Shown piece after piece: positions 18,030 through 28,353 of a stretch of DNA of 64,000 nucleotides; within the stretch, counting starts at the first letter, position 1, and the number at the start of each line of letters is the position of its first letter. Below the pieces are notes generated by a model. It was not told where the DNA came from. It worked only from the letters and a program-made list of their open reading frames with translations, and made no database searches. Where the stretch lies: IMG/VR virus record IMGVR_UViG_3300032280_000442, positions 64,001-128,000 of that record. One strand, written 5' to 3'. The translations under genes were made by a program, and so were the position numbers. Source of the stretch: a virus. Its lineage: Duplodnaviria > Caudoviricetes.

Positions 18030-18329
18030 TTACATCATTTTATATTCAATACCCCAATGTGAACCTGACATATCAATATCTAAACCAAACATACGATTAA
18101 CATCAGCTCTAATTTCTCTTAATGTACGTGTTGGACTATTCTGCATCTCACCACCTTTAAACCCAACATTAATGATGTTTCTATTTATTGTTCTTCGCTC
18201 ACTTTTATCACCACTTGCTAAATAAACATCCTTTGTTGTAAATGTTACATTTTTAACTACATCATAACCATTGAGGATATAGTCCTCAATTAACTTATTA
18301 TACTTACTTTCTGTTATTAATACTTTCAT
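18030..18329 (-). CDS. hypothetical protein with MKVLITESK leader
   Basis: ORF. Confidence 0.85.
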   Translation of the reverse strand: MKVLITESKYNKLIEDYILNGYDVVKNVTFTTKDVYLASGDKSERRTINRNIINVGFKGGEMQNSPTRTLREIRADVNRMFGLDIDMSGSHWGIEYKMM

Positions 18330-18721
18330 TATATGTAATCTGTTGTAAATTGAGTAACTTCTAATCCGGTATTATCTTCAAACCATTTTTTGAATATTGG
18401 TTTCCATATGTCACCAAAAGTAGAATCTAATCTTTTAGCGACAACAGGATAAACAGATAGTAAAGGACATTTATAATTGTGTAGATAACCGTAACCTGCA
18501 AAAAATTCATCTTCCGGACCAGCGTTTGCATTACATCCATAATAAATGTAAGATTCTTGGTCATCAACAAAGAAAACAATATCACCCCACTTATCAACCT
18601 CATCTTGATAACCAATATCTGATTTACTATTACCTTTCCACCCATAATCAGGATAATATAAATCATCCAAATAATCGATAACGACTTTCTCTAATCTACT
18701 CTCAGTTATTACTACTTTCAT
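18329..18721 (-). CDS. hypothetical protein with MKVVITESR leader
   Basis: TAATG coupling. Confidence 0.85.
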   Translation of the reverse strand: MKVVITESRLEKVVIDYLDDLYYPDYGWKGNSKSDIGYQDEVDKWGDIVFFVDDQESYIYYGCNANAGPEDEFFAGYGYLHNYKCPLLSVYPVVAKRLDSTFGDIWKPIFKKWFEDNTGLEVTQFTTDYI

Positions 18722-19323
18722 TAGTTTCCTATTCCGTTATTTCGTGAGTTATAAACACTTCTGTATTTACTTTTTAGTTCATTATCAGGTAACTTTTCTA
18801 AATCATTTCTTTTATGTAATGTTTGGTTATCTAAATAATCAATCATTTCATCTCTACTTATATTATCAACGTCAATCATCTGATAACATTTACGCCAATT
18901 GTCAAAAGTTAGTGTTTCATCAATTTCTAATTCAGGATGACCCGTTTCTTGACCAAACTTGGTTGTGTATTTATCATCATACCATTCGGTAATTATATTA
19001 AGTATAAACGCCTTTCTAACCTGTAATATTTTAGCTAAAAACTCAACTTCTTTCTCATCAACATATAAATCACCAGCAAAAAACTTTTCTTCATCACTAT
19101 CCTCATCATTAAAAAAATATTTTGCCTCCATAACAATATTGTTACCTTTACACCACTCTTCACTATAATTTCCATAATTATCTTCAGGTGGTGGGATGAC
19201 TCTTTTTGAATCGGAGATTAAACTCTCCATATGTTTAATAATAACACGTTCTAAGTTCGGATTAGATTTTTGAAATTTCTTTTGAACTTCCTCTCGTAAT
19301 ATCTTTTTAATTAATTCTTTCAT
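18721..19323 (-). CDS. hypothetical protein with MKELIKKILREE leader
   Basis: TAATG coupling. Confidence 0.85.
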   Translation of the reverse strand: MKELIKKILREEVQKKFQKSNPNLERVIIKHMESLISDSKRVIPPPEDNYGNYSEEWCKGNNIVMEAKYFFNDEDSDEEKFFAGDLYVDEKEVEFLAKILQVRKAFILNIITEWYDDKYTTKFGQETGHPELEIDETLTFDNWRKCYQMIDVDNISRDEMIDYLDNQTLHKRNDLEKLPDNELKSKYRSVYNSRNNGIGN

Positions 19324-19670
19324 TATTTACCACTCTTAATTATTAATTCACCAAGAACTTCAATTAACCCAACCAATTTTTGGAACTGTTCCTGTCCCAT
19401 ATTAACATCTTCGGATAAACCACATAGTTTATCAAGGTGTTCTTTAAATTCGACTTTAGATTCTTTGATATCAAACTTTCCTTCGGAAGCTTTCTTGTAG
19501 TAAGGTAATTTTACAACAAAATGGTAATATGTTAACATTGACGCACCACCTTTTTCTTTTGCATTCTCAGTAATCTTTGATGCACCATCAAATCTTTTTT
19601 GAGCAAACTCTTCAAACTTAGTTTGTTTTTCCTCTTCTTCTCTTAACAATTTTTTAATTAACTCTTTCAT
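19323..19670 (-). CDS. hypothetical protein with MKELIKKLLREE leader
   Basis: ORF. Confidence 0.85.
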   Translation of the reverse strand: MKELIKKLLREEEEKQTKFEEFAQKRFDGASKITENAKEKGGASMLTYYHFVVKLPYYKKASEGKFDIKESKVEFKEHLDKLCGLSEDVNMGQEQFQKLVGLIEVLGELIIKSGK

Positions 19671-20182
19671 ATCATAAATTCACCTAATTTTATTTTTTCA
19701 ATTATCTGTTTAAATATTTGTTGTCTATATTTTTTTCCCAACGTATTTCTTTGTGTTAAAAACCCATAACCAAACCCGGAATCCCCTGACATCCCAACAA
19801 CTTTCCAACTAATAGGTAACCCATATGTATTACTAAGTTTAAATAAACGAGCATTAAAAGAATATCGTAAACTATTTTTATTACCAAACGAAAATTTCCC
19901 TAATTCTTTTTCTTTAGAATTCACATCTTTTAAATTTAATAGTTGAACTAATAAATCATCTAAAATCAGATTGTTACCATCGTTAGCAAATCTAACTAAT
20001 TGAATTCCCTCATTTTCCGCATATTTTTTAAGGTCACCACCATACATTATATTAACATAATTTTTCATCCCACCAACAAAATTAGCCGCTTGACCAATCC
20101 CAACAGAATTACTTAAATCTCGTAACTTTTGTTGATTTGAAGTCAATTCTTCTCTCAATACTTTTTTTATTAACTCTTTCAT
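19667..20182 (-). CDS. hypothetical protein with MKELIKKVLREE leader
   Basis: ORF. Confidence 0.85.
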   Translation of the reverse strand: MKELIKKVLREELTSNQQKLRDLSNSVGIGQAANFVGGMKNYVNIMYGGDLKKYAENEGIQLVRFANDGNNLILDDLLVQLLNLKDVNSKEKELGKFSFGNKNSLRYSFNARLFKLSNTYGLPISWKVVGMSGDSGFGYGFLTQRNTLGKKYRQQIFKQIIEKIKLGEFMI

Positions 20183-20183
20183 C

Positions 20184-20513
20184 TTAATTTAACACTTCTT
20201 TATTTACGTGTTGAACAATCTTAACCGGTAACTCAAAAAATTCTGAGAACCACTCACCAACAACATCTTTAACTTGTTTTGGTGTATAACTTAACATTTT
20301 AATCGGACGAATAACATCTTCACAGATATATAACGATTCCGCACCACTACCATAAATCATAACAACACCTTCACCATTACGATATTCAATACGCATCTTT
20401 TCCCCCATTGAATCAGTGTAATAATTTACATCCTCATACATACCGGAGAACTCATCGGTCAATAACTGTTTGGCTAATCTGTCTCGTTTATCTTCCTTAA
20501 TCACAATCTTCAT
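20184..20513 (-). CDS. hypothetical protein with MKIVIKEDK leader (start 20513)
   Basis: TATTTAT at 20518-20524. Confidence 0.8.
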   Translation of the reverse strand: MKIVIKEDKRDRLAKQLLTDEFSGMYEDVNYYTDSMGEKMRIEYRNGEGVVMIYGSGAESLYICEDVIRPIKMLSYTPKQVKDVVGEWFSEFFELPVKIVQHVNKEVLN

Positions 20514-20547
20514 AATAATAAATATCTTATAAATTAAAAACCCCCAA

Positions 20548-21066
20548 TTAATCTTGGGGGTCATCTAAATATTCGTCTTCATACTTTCTAATCGAAACAG
20601 GTTTATCATATTCACCAATGGTTTCTAATTTATTTTTTAACACATCAATCTCCTTTTGAGTATATACCGGAGCAAAAGATGGTCTTAAATGGAATGGGAC
20701 ATTATCTCTATCCTCCCACTTTTTTAGTTCTTGTTCCGTAGATTTAATCAAATCCATTAAACTTTTGGATTCTTTCCATTTATCATAATCCTCAACAGAT
20801 TTAATATAATTAACCTCACCATAGTTACTAATCTTAGCATCCGGATTGGTTGTATATACATCCACGATACCATCGTAACCATCGTACTCAATACACAAAT
20901 CATTAACAGAAAGTTCGTTGGTTAATACATTCTTCCATCTATTACCGTACGACCTAATTTCACAAATATAAATGAATCCATCATTCATATCGTGTAAGTA
21001 ATGACCTATGCTGTTTTGAAGTTCTCTTAATTCTTCTACCGAGTATTTTGTAAAATCCATTTCCAT
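20548..21066 (-). CDS. hypothetical protein, no leader
   Basis: TTTG-N20-TACTTTTG promoter 21071-21102. Confidence 0.85.
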   Translation of the reverse strand: MEMDFTKYSVEELRELQNSIGHYLHDMNDGFIYICEIRSYGNRWKNVLTNELSVNDLCIEYDGYDGIVDVYTTNPDAKISNYGEVNYIKSVEDYDKWKESKSLMDLIKSTEQELKKWEDRDNVPFHLRPSFAPVYTQKEIDVLKNKLETIGEYDKPVSIRKYEDEYLDDPQD

Positions 21067-21117
21067 TTGACAAAAGTAAGCATAAAAAAAGGAAGTAACA
21101 AATACCTCCTTAATTTT

Positions 21118-22698
21118 TTATTTCTTTTTTTGTATAGCCTCATTCAGTGTCTTGAGAACCTTATTGACCGATTCTTGGACTGCATTAGGTTGGGGTAAAT
21201 TATTCACAGCACAATATTGAGCAACCGGTAATTGAATATTAACATTAAATATTCTACTTAACGCTGATTCAAGTTTAGTAATACCTCCGGTATCACAACC
21301 ATATACTTTAAGTACTTTTTCAATAAATCTTTGAGGGTCTTTTCTTATATTTTGAATAATAGCAGGATTAATATTTTGACCCCTCTTACCAAATAGTCCT
21401 TTAATACCACCTTCTCTACCTACATCAGAAGTTTTTGATTTTAAAACAAATAATTCTTTACGTTTAATATCACCGTAATGTTTTAATTTTTTAATTAATA
21501 ATTCATCATCATCGGTTCTTCTAGGTCTTTCAGATAAAGTATACAAATCCCTTTTAATCGCCTCATTAATTTTTTCTAATTTTAATATTGGGTCTATTGT
21601 TATTTTTCTATTATTATTGTCTCTCAAAACAATTTGTTCAAAATGATAACTTACTTCACCATTTAAATATTTTCTAAAGATATTAGCAACGTGAGTTTCT
21701 TCACCATTAACTGTTTTCCAAATTCTTAACGACAATGTTGGTTCATTAATAAAATTTGTTGGTATTGCAGTTTTTTCTGAATCATATTTATGTCGATTTG
21801 CTTTAACATATTGAGGAAATTGAATCTTAATCATTATAGGATTAATCCCTCCTAAATTTTTAACAATAATAGCATTTTTATTAAAACCAAAATTTTTAAC
21901 ATTAGACACCATATGGTTAATTATATCGTTTTTGGTATATTGATAAACAAGTATTTCATTAAGAGTTGCATAATTTGAAAACATAAAATAATCTATTGGA
22001 CCAAAAGTATTAACTCTATTTAATAATTCTGACACAAAATCATAACCTATATTATTTTCTTTAAAAGCGTCATCAGTTAATAACATATTAAACACTTTAT
22101 TTATATTACCTCCACTGATAGTTGTAATATTATTCTGTAATAATATTTCCCTAACACCTGTTTGGTCTTCTTTAAATTGAGCTTGAGCTCCTTGAACAAC
22201 ACCTCCTAAAGTTTGACTCTTATTTCGGTCAAATTTTTCAGCAAACTTAATTGAAATACTATCATTACCAATTACCGCCTCAGTTGCCGGGTCTTTTACT
22301 TCAACATCAACATCACTTTTATTAGCAGTTCCTTCGGCATTCACCACAGTACCACCAAAAATACCACCAATTAACCCTTCAAAACTTTTACCTCTACTAG
22401 TAACTGAATCCGGAGATTCAATAACATCCATATACCATTGAACAAATCTTTGTTGGGATTCAACTTTATTTACCACTTTTTTATCAACACCCGGCAATTT
22501 TATAGTAGCCGCTTGACCTACCTGAAGAAAATCAATATTATAACTCTTCAAAGCCAATTTCATCGCCTCACAAGTTGCTGTTGGAGAAGTATTAAATGGA
22601 GCTATTTTAGAAATAGCTAATGAATAATCTGATTCAATGTCTTCAGACAACATTAACCTACTATATTGTGATTCACTTATGTGTATATTAAATTTCAT
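21118..22698 (-). CDS. 526-aa protein with leader, possible PD-(D/E)xK nuclease domain and C-terminal QESVNKVL..LNE motif
   Basis: RGKSFEGLI...KSDV...ISIKF. Confidence 0.75.
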   Translation of the reverse strand: MKFNIHISESQYSRLMLSEDIESDYSLAISKIAPFNTSPTATCEAMKLALKSYNIDFLQVGQAATIKLPGVDKKVVNKVESQQRFVQWYMDVIESPDSVTSRGKSFEGLIGGIFGGTVVNAEGTANKSDVDVEVKDPATEAVIGNDSISIKFAEKFDRNKSQTLGGVVQGAQAQFKEDQTGVREILLQNNITTISGGNINKVFNMLLTDDAFKENNIGYDFVSELLNRVNTFGPIDYFMFSNYATLNEILVYQYTKNDIINHMVSNVKNFGFNKNAIIVKNLGGINPIMIKIQFPQYVKANRHKYDSEKTAIPTNFINEPTLSLRIWKTVNGEETHVANIFRKYLNGEVSYHFEQIVLRDNNNRKITIDPILKLEKINEAIKRDLYTLSERPRRTDDDELLIKKLKHYGDIKRKELFVLKSKTSDVGREGGIKGLFGKRGQNINPAIIQNIRKDPQRFIEKVLKVYGCDTGGITKLESALSRIFNVNIQLPVAQYCAVNNLPQPNAVQESVNKVLKTLNEAIQKKK

Positions 22699-22701
22699 TA
22701 T

Positions 22702-23073
22702 TTATTTTTTATTAAATTGTTCATTGTTCATATATTTTATGGTTTGTACTTCCCCATAATTTCTTTTTTTAAATCTATCAGTATACACGTTAAAAACTCG
22801 TTTAATGATATCATCTTTAATTAAATCATAAAACTTATGTGAACCAACAAATTTACTAATCAAATCATAAAACTTCTCATCATTTACCACCGCTAAATTA
22901 ATATCAGGGTAATATCTTGAAATAATATTTTGTCGGGTTCCAGGTGTAAGAAATTCTATATAACGTGTTTCTATACTTCTTGATTGAAAAGAATCATACT
23001 TGTCAACATCAAGACCATCAAAGACAATATCTTTCAATAAATTTAATCTATCCTCACTAATCTTAATTTCCAT
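22702..23073 (-). CDS. hypothetical protein with MEIKISEDR leader
   Basis: TATTTATA at ~23077-23084. Confidence 0.8.
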   Translation of the reverse strand: MEIKISEDRLNLLKDIVFDGLDVDKYDSFQSRSIETRYIEFLTPGTRQNIISRYYPDINLAVVNDEKFYDLISKFVGSHKFYDLIKDDIIKRVFNVYTDRFKKRNYGEVQTIKYMNNEQFNKK

Positions 23074-23279
23074 ATCTATAAATATAACATAAGGGCAAAA
23101 GTTACCCCCGTCTTTTGAACGAGGGTGATAATTACTTTCCTTTTTTCTTAATTAGTTCTTTAACAAATTCTTGAAGTTCAAATAATTCAGGGTCAGTTTC
23201 TAAAATATAACGAGATTTCATATCATTATAGTTCTCTCGGATATCTGATATACACCATCCGAAGAACTCAAATAATAAT

Positions 23280-23402
23280 TTAACTTTTATTTTTAGTTTT
23301 TTTAATCTCATCTTTTATTATATCAATGATTACAATTACACACATTATTCCAACAATAGTCATCATAAAGTATCCAGGTCCAACAGGGTCTTGAAGTTCC
23401 AT
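23280..23402 (-). CDS. 40-aa membrane peptide (not in ORF track)
   Basis: MELQDPVGPGYFMMTIVGIMCVIVIIDIIKDEIKKTKNKS; TAATG-coupled. Confidence 0.6.
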   Translation of the reverse strand: MELQDPVGPGYFMMTIVGIMCVIVIIDIIKDEIKKTKNKS

Positions 23403-23569
23403 TAGTCCTCTTTAACTTTTTTAACTCTTTTTTTATATACCCTTTTCTTCTTCACCGGTGGTTTAATAACCACCTCCTCTTGGACAATTGGTTTAGTTTT
23501 TTTCTTTACTAAATAAAGAACAAGTGACACAAATATCACAAGGATTGCGGCAGGTGCAAAGAATTTCAT
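23402..23569 (-). CDS. 55-aa signal-anchor peptide with basic tail (not in ORF track)
   Basis: MKFFAPAAILVIFVSLVLYLVKKK...KKRVYKKRVKKVKED. Confidence 0.65.
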   Translation of the reverse strand: MKFFAPAAILVIFVSLVLYLVKKKTKPIVQEEVVIKPPVKKKRVYKKRVKKVKED

Positions 23570-23584
23570 TTTTGTTGGGATTAT

Positions 23585-23902
23585 TTATAGATTAGGGAAG
23601 ATTAATACATCTTCATCGGATAAATAGTCGTCTATTTTGCTTTGTTTTCTATTTTGAAAGATTTTCCCAATTTTTTTGATATTTTTACATTCTTCTTCAG
23701 AATATTCGTGAGTAATCTTATAAATAAGACCATCTTCACTAATATTTAACACAATTCCATTCTCATTTCTAATGTGAGGAACTTCATATGAAATCCCATT
23801 TTTACTGTCTACACAAATGGTGTTAAACACTTCACTAACAACACCTCTATTAATCCCACCATACTTTGTGAATTGAACGTACTTATCACCTTCTTTAAAC
23901 AT
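23585..23902 (-). CDS. hypothetical protein
   Basis: ORF. Confidence 0.75.
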   Translation of the reverse strand: MFKEGDKYVQFTKYGGINRGVVSEVFNTICVDSKNGISYEVPHIRNENGIVLNISEDGLIYKITHEYSEEECKNIKKIGKIFQNRKQSKIDDYLSDEDVLIFPNL

Positions 23903-24029
23903 CTTTTTTTTCTTTTAATCGTCTAACAACATTTTTAAATAACTCAAACATTAAAAACAACCAAGACCCAATCCCTAAAACAACAAATATTGAAATTAAA
24001 ATATAACCCCACATACAAATAATAGTTTT

Positions 24030-24542
24030 TTAATTTATAATTGTTTCAATAATAGATGTTAAAATAATACCAACAACCACCCCAATTACAAATCCAGTAA
24101 TAAAAGTATTTGGTTTAGTTGGTTCCGGAATAACCTCAACAGGTGTTGGTTTGTTGTATTTTTTTCGGTAATATGGTTTTTTCTTTCTAACCGGTTTATC
24201 CTCAACCGAACCCAATACAGATTCTTTACGGATTACAGGTGTTGTCTTAATAACTTTTTTAGAGTCAACTCCTTCGTTTAATTTCACTCTGTATTCAGGT
24301 GATATACTTGGTATAACTCTTTTTTCTTTGTTGAATAATTCTTCTTCAACGCGTTCGCTTAATTTTCTTGAACTCATTTCTTTTGTTTTTTTGATTAATG
24401 TTAATGGTGGTGAAGGAATGAACTTACTTCCACCTTTGGATGGTTTTAAGAAACTCCAATAGTTCTTTTGGAAGTTAACTAATTGTTCCCGGTATTCATC
24501 CATAGACTGACCGGGATATGGGACAGGTAATAACTTACCCAT
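24030..24542 (-). CDS. basic protein with C-terminal TM helix
   Basis: FITGFVIGVVVGIILTSII. Confidence 0.7.
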   Translation of the reverse strand: MGKLLPVPYPGQSMDEYREQLVNFQKNYWSFLKPSKGGSKFIPSPPLTLIKKTKEMSSRKLSERVEEELFNKEKRVIPSISPEYRVKLNEGVDSKKVIKTTPVIRKESVLGSVEDKPVRKKKPYYRKKYNKPTPVEVIPEPTKPNTFITGFVIGVVVGIILTSIIETIIN

Positions 24543-24688
24543 TAATGTTTTGATTTACTTGCTCCGATTACAAGAAAAAAAAGTGACGGTATAGCAAATA
24601 CCGCACTAACAGAGAACATTAAAATTATACAACCTAAAGATAAAAAGTCGTATTTATTCTTTACTACAAAGTTTATTAAATTATCCAT
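24542..24688 (-). CDS. small membrane protein (start MDNLINF at 24688)
   Basis: TATCTTTG at 24693-24700; hydrophobic. Confidence 0.65.
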   Translation of the reverse strand: MDNLINFVVKNKYDFLSLGCIILMFSVSAVFAIPSLFFLVIGASKSKH

Positions 24689-25007
24689 ACCACAAAGATA
24701 AATAAAAAACCCCAAGAATTCAACTCTTGAGGTTACTTTTTTTAACATTTACAAATTCCATCACCACCTTTAGATGGATTACAGACACATTCTTTCTTTT
24801 CTTTACTAGTAATCAGTGTATATCCGGGAAATAAAGTCATCAATGATTTAATCTCATCAACTTTTCCGGCACTATTGGTAATTGTAATGGTTTTGTTTTC
24901 GGTATTAATTTTATATTCCATAATGATTCATAATTAATGCACCCACAATTACTATTATATAAATCACAATAAATATTATTGACGGTAAATTAGATTCTTT
25001 TTTCATT

Positions 25008-25727
25008 TTATTTTTTATGAAACTCAATTATGTCCCACTTTCCTTTATTTGTTTCCACTAGTGCGGTACAATTTTCACACCAATCTCCACTATTCATATA
25101 ATTATCTTTTAACTCCGGTTGATGAATGTGTCCACATACGGCAACATCACATCCTTTTTTGTAAGTTAATAGTATTGCGTTATGTTCAAAATCATTTATA
25201 AAGTTAACGGCTTTCTTAACACCACTTTTAATATCTTTGGAGATGGAATAATAAGGTAACCCTCTCATCTCACGATATTTGTTGTAAACTCTATTCATCC
25301 ATAATGCTAAGTCATAACCTATTGAACCGATGTGAGCTAAAAATTTTGCTTTGGTAATGAATACATCTAACACATCTCCGTGAAACACATACATCTTACG
25401 ACCATCTATGGATGTGAAGGTATAATCCTCCGTGATTGTTAAATTGGATAATTGGAATGGGATGAAATATTTTAGGAACTCATCGTGATTTCCTCTGAGC
25501 CAAATAACATTCACACCCTTCTCGCTCATCTTCATTATCTTTCTTAATACTTTGGTATGACTTTCCTTCCATTTCCCCCCTCTTTTAAGAGCCCAACCAT
25601 CAACGATATCCCCATTCAAAATTAAGGTCTCTGTGGTGTTTTTTTCAAGGAATTCTATAACATCGTTGGCTCTACTCGATTTTGAACCCAAGTGAATGTC
25701 AGATAGAATTATTGTTTTGTATTTCAT
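25008..25727 (-). CDS. calcineurin-like metallophosphoesterase (UDP-2,3-diacylglucosamine hydrolase-like)
   Basis: SDIHLG, NGDIVDGW, GNHD, HGD, GHIH, NSGDW. Confidence 0.92.
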   Translation of the reverse strand: MKYKTIILSDIHLGSKSSRANDVIEFLEKNTTETLILNGDIVDGWALKRGGKWKESHTKVLRKIMKMSEKGVNVIWLRGNHDEFLKYFIPFQLSNLTITEDYTFTSIDGRKMYVFHGDVLDVFITKAKFLAHIGSIGYDLALWMNRVYNKYREMRGLPYYSISKDIKSGVKKAVNFINDFEHNAILLTYKKGCDVAVCGHIHQPELKDNYMNSGDWCENCTALVETNKGKWDIIEFHKK

Positions 25728-26437
25728 TATGTCCAGTAATTATGTTCCTTTGTAAAGAACTCATCGTTGTTTCTATTAAACCAAGATTTAATCATCATCT
25801 TAACTACATAGAATAAACCTTTGTTCTTGAATCGTCTTGATGTAGTATAAACAATTTTGTTTGCCACATAAAACTTATTTGGTTTTATCTTTGAACTTAA
25901 ATGATAATCCTCAGCAAACTTATCATCCGGATTAAATCCCCCCAATGAATTGAATACCTCTAAATTAAATAACATAAATCCTCCGACCGCAAATGGTGTG
26001 GAAAATTTGGTTAGATATTGGATAACATCAAATGATTGATACACATAATTGTATTGACCATCGTCAGTTCTCATTTTAGTTGTGGATAAATGATAATCAT
26101 TTTTTTTCATTATCTCAACCATATCCTTTAACAAATTAAAATCATTAAGATATATGTCGGCATCCAAGAATAAAACATAAGGTGTCTTTATCTTCTTTGT
26201 TCCGTTGTTTCTGGCCTCAGCAGGAAAACCTCCTTTAACAATCTTTACATTAATATTATTATGAAATGAACTAAGAATACATTTTTGTGTATATCCATCA
26301 TCTGTTGAAGAATCGGCAACCATTACATTTACACCTTTAATACTAGTTTGCAAGTTTATTAACTCCAAAGTTTTCTTTATGGTTAATCCTTCGTTTTTGC
26401 AGGGCATTACTATTGTTAAATCTTTACTTAAACTCAT
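25727..26437 (-). CDS. family 2 glycosyltransferase
   Basis: IVMPCKNE, ADSSTD, ARNNG, FLDAD, GGF..AED. Confidence 0.92.
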   Translation of the reverse strand: MSLSKDLTIVMPCKNEGLTIKKTLELINLQTSIKGVNVMVADSSTDDGYTQKCILSSFHNNINVKIVKGGFPAEARNNGTKKIKTPYVLFLDADIYLNDFNLLKDMVEIMKKNDYHLSTTKMRTDDGQYNYVYQSFDVIQYLTKFSTPFAVGGFMLFNLEVFNSLGGFNPDDKFAEDYHLSSKIKPNKFYVANKIVYTTSRRFKNKGLFYVVKMMIKSWFNRNNDEFFTKEHNYWT

Positions 26438-26496
26438 ACCTATAAATATACCGGAATTAAATTATTGGTATGGATATTTATTGTTAAATATTAATT

Positions 26497-27087
26497 ATGA
26501 AAAACCTTTTATTAGTTTTACTAACTTTACTATCATTATCTTCTTTTTCTCAAAAAAAATTAAGAGATAGTATCTACATCAAAACCGACATATTTGAAAT
26601 CGTTTATTCGGAAGTGTTGGAACAACCTAAATTTGTTAAATACATCGTTAAATGTCCAAATGGAACAGCATCAAGAACCGGTATGGATTTTTATACTTGT
26701 GACTCAATTAAAACATCCGACAATAAGGATTATGAAAAAAATATGTGGGACAAAGGTCATATGAGCCCTGGCGCTGACTTTAGTTGTGATAAACAAACTC
26801 TATACAAAACATTTACTTACTTAAATTGTTCACTACAACAAGAAAACCTTAACAGAACAACTTGGAGATTACTTGAAGTAAGAGAACGTGAACTAGCAAA
26901 AACAAACAAAGTTGTCACAGTTGAAATTAGATGTATCTTCGGACCAAAATCAATTACACTTCCATCCGGAGCAACCGTTCCAACCGCTTACAGAAAAACA
27001 ATTAAGTATGATAAAGTAACTGAAGTATATTACTTCAAAAATGAAAAACCATTATCAACCGACTTCACCAAATATAAAGTAAAATAA
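26497..27087 (+). CDS. secreted DNA/RNA non-specific endonuclease (NucA/Serratia-type)
   Basis: signal peptide; DKGHMSP...N...Q...LNR..W..LE. Confidence 0.9.
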   Translation: MKNLLLVLLTLLSLSSFSQKKLRDSIYIKTDIFEIVYSEVLEQPKFVKYIVKCPNGTASRTGMDFYTCDSIKTSDNKDYEKNMWDKGHMSPGADFSCDKQTLYKTFTYLNCSLQQENLNRTTWRLLEVRERELAKTNKVVTVEIRCIFGPKSITLPSGATVPTAYRKTIKYDKVTEVYYFKNEKPLSTDFTKYKVK

Positions 27088-27113
27088 AAAAACCCTCCGA
27101 TGTGGAGGGTTTT
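27088..27113. terminator. bidirectional terminator
   Basis: aaaaccctcc-gatgt-ggagggtttt. Confidence 0.85.
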
Positions 27114-27125
27114 GTTTTTATAATC

Positions 27126-27371
27126 CTAATTTTTATCTTTTTTATTTTCTTCGTCTTTATACGTAAAAACGCCTTTCATATTCTTCAAGAACATAGCGAT
27201 GTTATCACCAAAATAGAATATCGGGCCAACAGTTATTAACGCCAACAATAAAAATCCAACATAGAACCACAACGTATCAGATAAATTCATTAAGTAAAAT
27301 GAAAAATCAACCAACTCAATCCAAATAAAGATTCCAATAATAATACCTATAAATTTTAATAAGTTTTTCAT
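27126..27371 (-). CDS. two-TM membrane protein
   Basis: two hydrophobic helices. Confidence 0.75.
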   Translation of the reverse strand: MKNLLKFIGIIIGIFIWIELVDFSFYLMNLSDTLWFYVGFLLLALITVGPIFYFGDNIAMFLKNMKGVFTYKDEENKKDKN

Positions 27372-27372
27372 A

Positions 27373-27588
27373 TTATCTCTGAATTAACATATTTGTATTT
27401 GCCATTGGAACCCTTAACACCGGAACTACTCCTCCGTTTTCCCCTGATTTTTGCATTACCTCGTAATACCCATTCTCAACTTTTACTGTTGGAACATTAT
27501 CAAATGTTTCTAAAAGCACCCCTGATTCTCTTGAACCTGACAACAATTGAACTTTCTTTGTTGTACTATTAAACGTTAATGTTTGCAT
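27373..27588 (-). CDS. hypothetical protein
   Basis: ORF. Confidence 0.75.
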   Translation of the reverse strand: MQTLTFNSTTKKVQLLSGSRESGVLLETFDNVPTVKVENGYYEVMQKSGENGGVVPVLRVPMANTNMLIQR

Positions 27589-27594
27589 AATTTG

Positions 27595-28353
27595 TTATTT
27601 TAATTTTAATTTTTTTAATAATTTATTTAATTTACTTACCCATTCTTTATCAACTTTTGGTCTTTCAATTACTCTTGATTCTATAGAATCACTCATTTGT
27701 TGCCCACCACCAATATATTGTTTCATTCGTTCTTGTTTTTTATAATCAAAAACATAATCATCTCTTAATTGAAGAAACTCTCTAACTTGCCCTACACTAT
27801 CTCTATAAGAATATGGGTCGTGATGTAAAGAAATTTTTTGTGTAACCCTATTATATATTGGGTTTTTAAAAACCCACTCTTTCATTTGTTGGATTCTTGG
27901 ATGCGTATCTAGCAATGTTTGAATAGATGTAAATCTACCATTACCCTCAACCATAGTTATATATTCATATAACAAATCCAAATAAGTAAATCTAAAAGTT
28001 TCATATGGTGTGACGATAAGAATATTGAAATTAAACTTAGTTGTCAAGTCATACCATCTTAAAACTTCATCAGTTGATTCTAAAATAGACCCAATAAGAA
28101 TCCCCACATCGGTGTATCTTTCTCTTATTCTATAAACCAAACAATAATTACCCCAACCCCAATACTTTGTAAAATACACCTCCAACAACATTGTATATTT
28201 ACGAATGTGTTCCCCCAATTCCATATCAAGAACCTCATTAATAACTTTTGTTATCTTATCTTGGTCCTCACGGAAATTACGATTCCAGTCGGGATTGACC
28301 AAATGTCCTCTCCCGGCTAAATCTATACCACTATGTAATACGTCTGATACCAT
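27595..28353 (-). CDS. hypothetical protein (start MVSDVL at 28353)
   Basis: TATATTTG at 28358-28365. Confidence 0.75.
   Translation of the reverse strand: MVSDVLHSGIDLAGRGHLVNPDWNRNFREDQDKITKVINEVLDMELGEHIRKYTMLLEVYFTKYWGWGNYCLVYRIRERYTDVGILIGSILESTDEVLRWYDLTTKFNFNILIVTPYETFRFTYLDLLYEYITMVEGNGRFTSIQTLLDTHPRIQQMKEWVFKNPIYNRVTQKISLHHDPYSYRDSVGQVREFLQLRDDYVFDYKKQERMKQYIGGGQQMSDSIESRVIERPKVDKEWVSKLNKLLKKLKLK

Noticed and set aside
513-20513. Leaders as Sec signal peptides
   Set aside because: They lack a hydrophobic core and are charged/amphipathic, unlike the true signal peptides at 3766, 26497, 34156 and 61913.
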